Assembly: GCA_963830575.1 (NCBI GenBank)
Contig: CAWHNR010000005.1
Coordinates: forward strand, 22-64,021
Direction of reading: 5' to 3'
DNA length: 64,000 bases
Origin: an uncultured Actinomycetota bacterium
Lineage (GTDB): Bacteria; Actinomycetota; Actinomycetes; Propionibacteriales; Nocardioidaceae
This document shows, one piece after another, positions 57,342-64,000 of this stretch (within the stretch, counting starts at the first letter, position 1; each line of letters opens with the position of its first letter). The translations under genes were made by a program, and so were the position numbers. The notes below the pieces were generated by a model that was not told the origin of the DNA, ran no database searches, and worked only from the letters and a program-made list of their open reading frames with translations.

Positions 57342-58225
57342 CCGCCGTCGCGACGCCCCCGGGCGCACCACACGACCTGTCGAAGGAGCCGATGCGCAGC
57401 CCGGCCCCGTCGTCCGGGCTGCTCGAGGTGTTCCGGCGCCGGTACCTGCTCAAGCTGCTGGTGCAGCGCGAGATCAAGGCGCGCTACCAGGGGTCGCTGC
57501 TCGGGCTGCTGTGGTCCTACCTCAACCCGCTCTCGCAGTTCTTCATCTACTTCTTCATCATCGGCGTCATCTTCAACCTGCACGACGACATCCCGAACTT
57601 CGCCATCCACATCTTCTCGGCGATCATCATCGTCCACTTCTTCAGCGAGACCTTCAACGCCGGCACCCGGTCGATCGTGCGCAACCGGCAGATCGTCAAG
57701 AAGATGGCGGTGCCCCGGGAGATGTTCCCCGTCGCCTCGATGCTGGTCTCGCTGTACCACGTGGGCCCGCAGATCGTGATCCTGATCGCGGCCACCGTGT
57801 TCTACGGCTGGACCCCCGACGTCTACGGCATCGTCTGCTTCGCCGTCGGGCTCGTCCTGATCATGCTCCTCGGCACCGGCCTGGCCCTGCTGTTCAGCGC
57901 GGCCAACGTGTTCTTCCGCGACGTCTCGAGCGTCGTCAACATCGTCACCAACCTGGTGCGCTTCGGCGTGCCGATGATCTACAGCTACGAGATGGTCTCC
58001 AAGCGCTTCGGCGCCGCCGAGCCGTACTACCTGCTCAACCCGATCGCGGACGCCGTCCTGCTGTTCCAGCGGGCGTTCTGGACCGGGTCGACCGACCAGC
58101 CGACCCTCATGCCCGACCACCTGCTGCTCCGGGGCCTGGTCATGGTCGCCGTCTCGGCCGTCGTCCTGCTGATCGGGCAGGTCGTCTTCACGCGGCTCGA
58201 GAACAAGATCCCCGAGCGGTTGTGA
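57338..58225 (+). CDS. wzm: Polysaccharide ABC transporter permease
   Basis: LLVQREIKARYQGSLLGLLWSYLNPL, NVFFRDV, PMIYS, LLNP. Confidence 0.9.
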   Translation: MTAVATPPGAPHDLSKEPMRSPAPSSGLLEVFRRRYLLKLLVQREIKARYQGSLLGLLWSYLNPLSQFFIYFFIIGVIFNLHDDIPNFAIHIFSAIIIVHFFSETFNAGTRSIVRNRQIVKKMAVPREMFPVASMLVSLYHVGPQIVILIAATVFYGWTPDVYGIVCFAVGLVLIMLLGTGLALLFSAANVFFRDVSSVVNIVTNLVRFGVPMIYSYEMVSKRFGAAEPYYLLNPIADAVLLFQRAFWTGSTDQPTLMPDHLLLRGLVMVAVSAVVLLIGQVVFTRLENKIPERL

Positions 58226-58243
58226 CCCGGGGATGATCCAGCG

Positions 58244-59032
58244 ATGACCGAGTCGATCCGCGTCGAGAACGTCACCAAGACCTTCACCCGCCGCTTCCAG
58301 CGCACCATCAAGCAGGTGACGGTCGCCAAGCTGCGCGGGCAGGAGACGATCCGCGAGTTCAACGCCATCGACCACGTCTCGTTCACCGTGGAGCAGGGGG
58401 AGTCGATCGGCCTCATGGGCCACAACGGCTCCGGCAAGAGCACCCTGCTCAAGATGATCAACGGCGTCATGCGCCCCGACTCCGGCACCCTGCTGACCCG
58501 CGGCCGCATCGCCGGCCTCATCGCCACCGGCGCCGGCTTCCACCCGCAGCTCAGCGGCCACGAGAACCTCGTCCTCAACGCCGCCATCCTCGGCATGAGC
58601 GCCAAGGAGACGGCCCGCAAGTACGACTCCATCGTCGACTTCACCGAGCTCGGCGACAAGCTCGACGGCCAGGTCGGCCACTACTCCTCGGGCGAGAACG
58701 CCCGCCTCGGCTTCGCCATCGCCATCCACGCCGAGTCCGACATCTTCCTCGCCGACGAGGTCCTCGCCGTCGGCGACCGCCGCTTCAAGAAGAAGTGCCT
58801 GGCCAAGATGGAGGAGGTCCGCGACGGCGGCCGCACCCTCTTCTACGTCAGCCACTCCTCCGCCTCCGTGCGCCGCATGTGCAGCCGCGCCCTCGTCCTC
58901 GACGAGGGCCGCCTGGTCTTCGACGGGCCCGTCGACGAGGGGATCCGGTTCCTCGACGACGACGACGAGGACGTGCCCGTGTCGGTGGAGGAGGAAGAAG
59001 AGATGGACGACGAGATCGGCGCCGACATCTGA
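58244..59032 (+). CDS. wzt: Polysaccharide ABC transporter ATPase
   Basis: GHNGSGKST, YSSGENARLGFA, DEVLAVGD..F.KKC, YVSHS; acidic tail. Confidence 0.9.
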   Translation: MTESIRVENVTKTFTRRFQRTIKQVTVAKLRGQETIREFNAIDHVSFTVEQGESIGLMGHNGSGKSTLLKMINGVMRPDSGTLLTRGRIAGLIATGAGFHPQLSGHENLVLNAAILGMSAKETARKYDSIVDFTELGDKLDGQVGHYSSGENARLGFAIAIHAESDIFLADEVLAVGDRRFKKKCLAKMEEVRDGGRTLFYVSHSSASVRRMCSRALVLDEGRLVFDGPVDEGIRFLDDDDEDVPVSVEEEEEMDDEIGADI

Positions 59033-59433
59033 CCGTGGCCTTGGTCTTCGCCCTGGTCTTGGGTTTCTCGGGTCGGTGGCGCGGTCGGTCTTCCGGTTGC
59101 GGTTGGCGTGCGCGCCTGCGGCGCGGATCGCCTCCGGCGAGCGCCTCGGCGCGGTGCCGCCTGCGGCGGGGCGTTGGCTCGACGGGACTTGTAGCCGTGG
59201 GTCGGGTGGTGGGGTGGGGGCTCCCGGCCTGGCGGTCCGGCTCCGGGGTGGGTCGCTGCGGCGGCGCGTCGCTCGGACGGCTCTCGTAGGGCTGCCGCTG
59301 CTTGGTACGCCGGCGCCGCGGCCAAGCCCCTTGACGCGACCCACCCCGGGCCCGGCCCACCGGCCGTCCGCCCCCACCCCACCTCCCGCAGCCCGCCTGC
59401 GGTCTCCCGCCGTGCCGTTGAGGAGTGGGAGGT

Positions 59434-59642
59434 GACGCTGACCTGTCCCATAAACGGGACGGGTCACCGGGCTTGGCGCTGACCTGTCCCTAGAACGGGA
59501 CGGGTCACCGGGCTTGGCGCTGACCTGTCCCTAGAACGGGACAGGTCGGCCGAGCTTCGGCGCTGACCTGTCCCTAGAACGGGACGGGTCACCGGACTTG
59601 GCGCTGACCTGTCCCTAGAAACGGGACAGGTCGGCGAGCTGG
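59434..59642 (+). repeat. Tandem array of five ~41-bp hairpin-containing units
   Basis: TGACCTGTCCC starts at 59439, 59480, 59521, 59564 and 59605; each unit TGACCTGTCCC-loop-GGGAC(G/A)GGTC(A/G). Confidence 0.92.
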
Positions 59643-59731
59643 GCTCCGGGCGGTCGAGAAAAGTTGGCTCGTGTCGGCGTGTCGAGTGGAAATTACAGGT
59701 TTGTAGTTACTCAGTTCCTCTTCCAAAGCCG

Positions 59732-59764
59732 TGTTACTGCTGTGACAGTTGCTTCTCGTGTGAC
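59732..59764. promoter_or_regulatory. 9-bp-period TGT(G/T)AC repeats in the AT-rich upstream region of the amidase (MtrA-like)
   Basis: TGTTAC-tgc-TGTGAC-agt-TGCTTC-tcg-TGTGAC. Confidence 0.45.
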
Positions 59765-59795
59765 TCTTCCCCTCGCACTTTGGAGCAACGAAAAC

Positions 59796-61930
59796 ATGTC
59801 TTCCCCACGTTCGAACCGCATCCACAACCGCTTCGTGACGGGGTGCCAGCAGCTGCTGGTGCTCGGTGTCATCTGTGCGGCCATGACGCCGGCTGCCGGC
59901 ATCATCTCGATCGAGCTCGGCCCGCCGGCGCGCGACGGCGGGGCCGGGTCGGCGCTGCCGGCGCGCTCGTCGGTCCCGCTCGAGTTCGCGCGCCTACGCC
60001 TCGGCGCAGACCAAGCCGGCCCTGGTGCCGACGGCGGTCGTCGACCCGACCGTGCGCGAGGTCAGGCTGACCGCGCCGCGCGGGGCGCGGGTGGTGCCGG
60101 GCATGCTCGCCAGTGCCCGCACGAAGAGCTCGCCCGGAGGCGGGTCGCGGCTGGTCAGCGCACCGCAGAAGGTGACGGGCTACGGCGCCGTCGGCGTCAC
60201 GTGGGAGCACGGCGACGTCGTCCCGGACGACGAGATCTCGATCAAGGTGCGCACGCGCGACGAGTCCGGCTGGTCGGACTGGCTCGCGATGAGCTACCAC
60301 GACGACCACGGGCCCGACCCCGACAGCGAGGAGGGCCGCCGCGCCCGCCCCGGCACCGACGAGCTGCTCGTCGGCGAGGTCGACCAGGTGCAGGTCAAGG
60401 TCGTCACGGCGGAGCCGACGCCCGCCGACCTGTCGCTGGCCGTGATCGACCCGGGCGTCGCGACGACGTCCGAGCGCGAGCTCCCCGCGATCGACACCGG
60501 TGCCGGTGACGCCGAGCCGGCGGTGGCGACCGCGCTGCCGACCTCGGACGGCGACGTCGAGCTCGCGGCGGCGTCCTACACGCCGAAGCCGCAGATCTAC
60601 TCGCGGGCCCAGTGGGGTGCCGACGAGCGCATGCGCGACCCGGGCTCGCTGCACTACTACGAGGTCCACGCCGGGTTCGTGCACCACACGGTCAACGCCA
60701 ACAACTACCGGCGCGAGGGACGTGCCCGCGATCCTGCGCGGCATCTACGCCTACCACACGCAGTCCCGCGGCTGGAGCGACGTCGGCTACAACTACCTGG
60801 TCGACCGGTTCGGCCGGATCTGGGAGGGCCGCTACGGCGGCGATCGACCGCCCGGTGGTCGGCGCCCACACGCTCGGCTACAACGACGACGCGTTCGCGG
60901 CCTCGGCGATCGGCAACTTCGAGGAGGTGCAGCCGTCGCAGGCGATGATCCAGGCGTACGGCGCCCTGTTCGGCTGGAAGCTGTCGCTGCACGGGGTCAA
61001 CCCGTCCTCGACCAAGCAGTTCGTGACCTCGCGCTACTTCCAGGCGATCAACGGTCACCGCGACGCCGCCTCGACCGCCTGTCCCGGCAAGTACCTGTAC
61101 GCCAAGATCCCGGAGATCCGCCGGCTCGCGGCGCAGGCCCAGGTCGGGTTCGAGCGGGCGGCAGCTCGAGTCCGACGTGGCCGGCAGCGACCTGCCCGAC
61201 CTCGTCGTCCGGCGTGCCGCGGACGGCATGGGCTTCACGGTCCCGCTCCGCAGGACCACCACGGGCTACGCCACCGGCAAGCCGATCGCGATGGCGGTGG
61301 ACCTCAGCAAGTCCAACCGGCTGATCAGCGCCGGCGACTGGGACCGCGACGGCTTCGGCGACATCATCACGCGGCGCGCCGCCGACGGCTCGCTGTGGCT
61401 CCGTCGGGGACTGGGCAACGGCAAGTTCGCCGCGGTGCAACGGCTCGCGCTCGACTTCGGCGACGTCAACCTGCTCGCCGCCGTGGGCGACATGACCGGT
61501 GACGGCTGGCCCGACCTGATGGGTCAGCCCGCCGGCGGCGCGATGCGCATCTACCCGGGCCTCGGCCTCAAGGGGCTCGGCGCGAGCTACGTGGCGTACA
61601 GCAGCGTCACGGGCAACCGGCAGATCCCGGTGGGGCTCTGGGACGGCGACGGTGCCCCCGACAGCCTGCTTCCGCAACGGCGGCAGCCTGGTGATGTACC
61701 CCGGCAACGGTCCGGGCGGCCTCACCGGCGGCGACGGCGCTGACCCTCGACGTCCGCGGGTACGACTGGATCAGCGGGATCAGCGACGTCGACCTCGTCG
61801 GCCACTCCGACCTGGTCGCGCGGCGCAAGGCGACCGGCGAGCTGCTCCTCATCCCGGGCACGGCCGACCGGGTTCGGGACGCCGAGCGTGCTCGGGACGC
61901 GGCTTCGAGAGCTACGACCTGTTCGGGTAG
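59796..61930 (+). CDS. N-acetylmuramoyl-L-alanine amidase (Amidase_2/PGRP-like) with FG-GAP/VCBS repeats
   Basis: IYSRAQWGADE, FVHHTV, GWSDVGYNYLVDRFGRIWEGR, GHRD..STACPG, GDWDRDGFGD, GDMTGDGWPD. Confidence 0.87.
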
Positions 61931-61988
61931 GGGTACCCGTCAGGTCCTTCCAGGGAAAGAAAGAGAAAGGGGATCACCAGTCCGGTGC

Positions 61989-62715
61989 TCACGCAGGGAA
62001 GCGGGCGGTGACGCGCTCGGCGGTCGCGGTCGCCTCGAGACGTTCCCGCGCGGCCTGGGTGACCAGGACGAGGGAGCCGCCGCAGCATCAGCGGCTCGGT
62101 GAAGGAGGCGAGTCCCGGTGGGGAAGCCGGGTTCGCCTCCGACAAGCAGGCGGCCGCCGCCGGTGACGAGAGTCCCGGCGGCGGCTGTCTGCCACAGCAG
62201 CGCCTGGGTGACGGGTGCGCCGCCGAGGTCGTGGGCGACGTCTCGCCGGCTCGGGCGGGTCCCAGGCGGTGAACGCGTCGGGCTGCGACCAGATCTCGAC
62301 GCCGACGTCGTGGACGCCGGCCGGGAGCGGGTCCGCGAACCGCACGCCCATGGGCAGCAGCGAGCAGGCGAGCACCACGACGTCGTCGGCCCGCTCGGCC
62401 CAGGTCGCGAGCGAGTCGGGGCCGCACACCACGGCGTCCGGGGCGTCGCTCTCGGTGAGGACCAGACCGGCGGTCGAGGGCGGCACCGAGGAAGACGACG
62501 CCGAGCCAGTGGGTCGGCAGGTCGATGCGCAGCGTCGCCCCCTTCTCGAGGTCGAGCTCGTCGACCAGCAGCGAGGAGGCCTTGGCCACCCAGTTGGCGT
62601 ACGTCGTCACCGACAGCTCGACCCGCTCGCCGGTCGAGTCGTCGTAGAACGTGACGAGCGGACGGCCGGCGTCGCGGCGCAGCTGGTCGGCGAGGACGGC
62701 GGCGAAGGTGGTCAC
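61989..62715 (-). CDS. TIGR03089 family protein
   Basis: PLVTFYDDSTGERVELSVTTYANWVAKASSLL, LPTHW. Confidence 0.85.
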
Positions 62716-62769
62716 CCGGCCAGTCTCCCAACGACCTCTCCCACGGCACGTCTCCTAGGGTTTCGCGCC

Positions 62770-63840
62770 ATGGAGTCGATCGAGGGGTTCTGGGCCGTCG
62801 TGCCCGCGGGCGGCGCCGGCACGCGGTTGTGGCCGCTGTCGCGGTCCTCGGTCGCCGAAGTTCCTGCGGGACCTCACCGGCAGCGGCCTGACGCTCCTGC
62901 AGGAGACCCACGCCCGGCTCGCGCCCCTGGTCGAGGACCGGTTCGTCGTGGTGACCGGGCGCGCCCACCGCGACGCCGTCCTGGCCCAGCTGCCGACGCG
63001 TGGCGCCGGACGCCGTGGTGGCCGAGCCGTCGGCGCGGGACTCGATGGCCGCGATCGGCCTGGCCGCGGCCCTCCTCGAGCGTCGTGACCCCGACGCCGT
63101 CATGGGCTCCTTCGCCGCCGACCACGTCATCACCGACCCCGTCGCCTTCGGCGAGGTCGTCCGCACCGCGGTGGCGGTCGCCCGCGACGGCCTGCTCGTC
63201 ACCATCGGCATCGAGCCGACCTTCCCGTCGTCGGCGTTCGGCTACGTCAGGCCCGGCGAGCCGCTCGCCTCCCACCCGGGGGCGTCGACGGTCGAGGCGT
63301 TCGTCGAGAAGCCGTCGACGGAGGTGGCCGCGGCCTACCTGGTCGAGGGCTACCGGTGGAACGCCGGCATGTTCGTGGTGCGGCCGGGCGTGCTCCTCGA
63401 CCTGCTCGCCGACGGCGACCCGGCGTTCGCCTCGGCGCTCCGCGCGATCGCCGCCGACCCCGACACGCTCGAGACCGCCTGGCAGGACCTCCCGAGGATC
63501 GCCCTCGACCACGCCGTCGCCGAGCCCGCGGCCGCGGCCGGCCGCGTGGCCGTCGTCCCCGCGTCGTTCGCCTGGGACGACGTCGGCGACTTCGACTCCC
63601 TCGCCACCCTGCTCGAGGGCGACCTCAAGGTCCTGGGCGACGGTGCGCTCGTGCGAGGCGGTCGACGCGACAGGCCTCGTCGTGCCCGGGTCGGGCCGGG
63701 TGGTCGCCGTCGTCGGCCTCGACGACGTGGTCGTCGTCGACACCCCCGACGCGCTGCTCGTCACGACCCGTGCGCGCGCCCAGGACGTGAAGGCCGTCGT
63801 CGCCGCACTGAAGGAGCGCGGGCTGGGTGGGTTGACCTGA
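62770..63840 (+). CDS. manB: Mannose-1-phosphate guanylyltransferase
   Basis: VVPAGGAGTRLWPLSR, EPSARDS, FAADH, FVEKP, WNAGMF, WDDVG, DTPDALLV. Confidence 0.9.
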   Translation: MESIEGFWAVVPAGGAGTRLWPLSRSSVAEVPAGPHRQRPDAPAGDPRPARAPGRGPVRRGDRARPPRRRPGPAADAWRRTPWWPSRRRGTRWPRSAWPRPSSSVVTPTPSWAPSPPTTSSPTPSPSARSSAPRWRSPATACSSPSASSRPSRRRRSATSGPASRSPPTRGRRRSRRSSRSRRRRWPRPTWSRATGGTPACSWCGRACSSTCSPTATRRSPRRSARSPPTPTRSRPPGRTSRGSPSTTPSPSPRPRPAAWPSSPRRSPGTTSATSTPSPPCSRATSRSWATVRSCEAVDATGLVVPGSGRVVAVVGLDDVVVVDTPDALLVTTRARAQDVKAVVAALKERGLGGLT

Positions 63841-63844
63841 CGGT

Positions 63845-64000
63845 GGTCGAGGACCCCGGTCCAACGGTGGTTGAGGAGCTCCCGCTAGGGAGCGTCTCGA
63901 AACCCGGTCCGATGGTGGTTGAGGAGCTCCCGCTAGGGAGCGTCTCGAAACCTGGTGAGGTCCATGGCTTCGCGAGGGAAGCCTTCCGGCTCGGGGGTTT
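63845..64000. repeat. REP-like cluster: copies 63869-63904 and 63917-63952, spacer, probable start of an inverted copy at 63996
   Basis: GGTTGAGGAG-CTCCC-GCTA-GGGAG-CGTCTCGAAACC twice; window ends in GGTTT. Confidence 0.88.

Noticed and set aside
55325-58225. 966-aa glycosyltransferase-ABC permease fusion in the ORF track
   Set aside because: Best explained by an indel near 57290; a natural GTGA stop/start overlap exists at 57338-57341.
55190-59467. 1425-aa antisense ORF (and similar long Arg/Pro-rich ORFs throughout)
   Set aside because: Shadow frames of high-GC coding sequence opposite well-supported genes; no motifs.
59434-59642. CRISPR array
   Set aside because: Linkers are only ~13-15 bp and nearly identical; there are no unique spacers and no cas genes.
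61931-61980. GGGTAC hexamer and purine-rich RBS-like tract after the amidase
   Set aside because: No start codon or ORF follows before the convergent TIGR03089 gene; no function can be supported.

Overview
A very GC-rich actinobacterial chromosomal segment. Gene content suggests Nocardioides or a relative (inference). Many single-base indels split genes across frames, as expected for an unpolished long read. The backbone follows the conserved actinobacterial block accA3-maf-accE/accD5-birA-PH-domain gene-purK-purE ... LCP-TIGR03089-manB, like the M. tuberculosis Rv3264c-Rv3285 region. Several modules sit within it. (i) A DUF222/HNH nuclease gene bracketed by a family of 36-nt structured palindromic repeats with compensatory stem changes; the same repeats recur as inverted pairs elsewhere in the window. 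(ii) A translationally coupled operon of a VanX-like dipeptidase, an atypical alanine racemase and a D-Ala-D-X ligase, next to a NarL-type two-component system. (iii) A ~25 kb cell-wall glycopolymer locus: two LCP ligases, Glf, GlfT1/GlfT2-like transferases, Wzm/Wzt, a glycerol-phosphate dehydrogenase plus two nucleotidyltransferases, a LicD-methyltransferase fusion, three sulfotransferase-like paralogs and three exported phosphodiesterase-fold enzymes. (iv) A 5 x 41-bp hairpin tandem array. Candidate regulatory sites resemble SoxR/MerR, AccR/BkaR, PafBC and MtrA sites. No rRNA, tRNA or CRISPR array was recognised. All calls come from reading motifs by eye, without database searches, and the boundaries of frameshifted genes are approximate.
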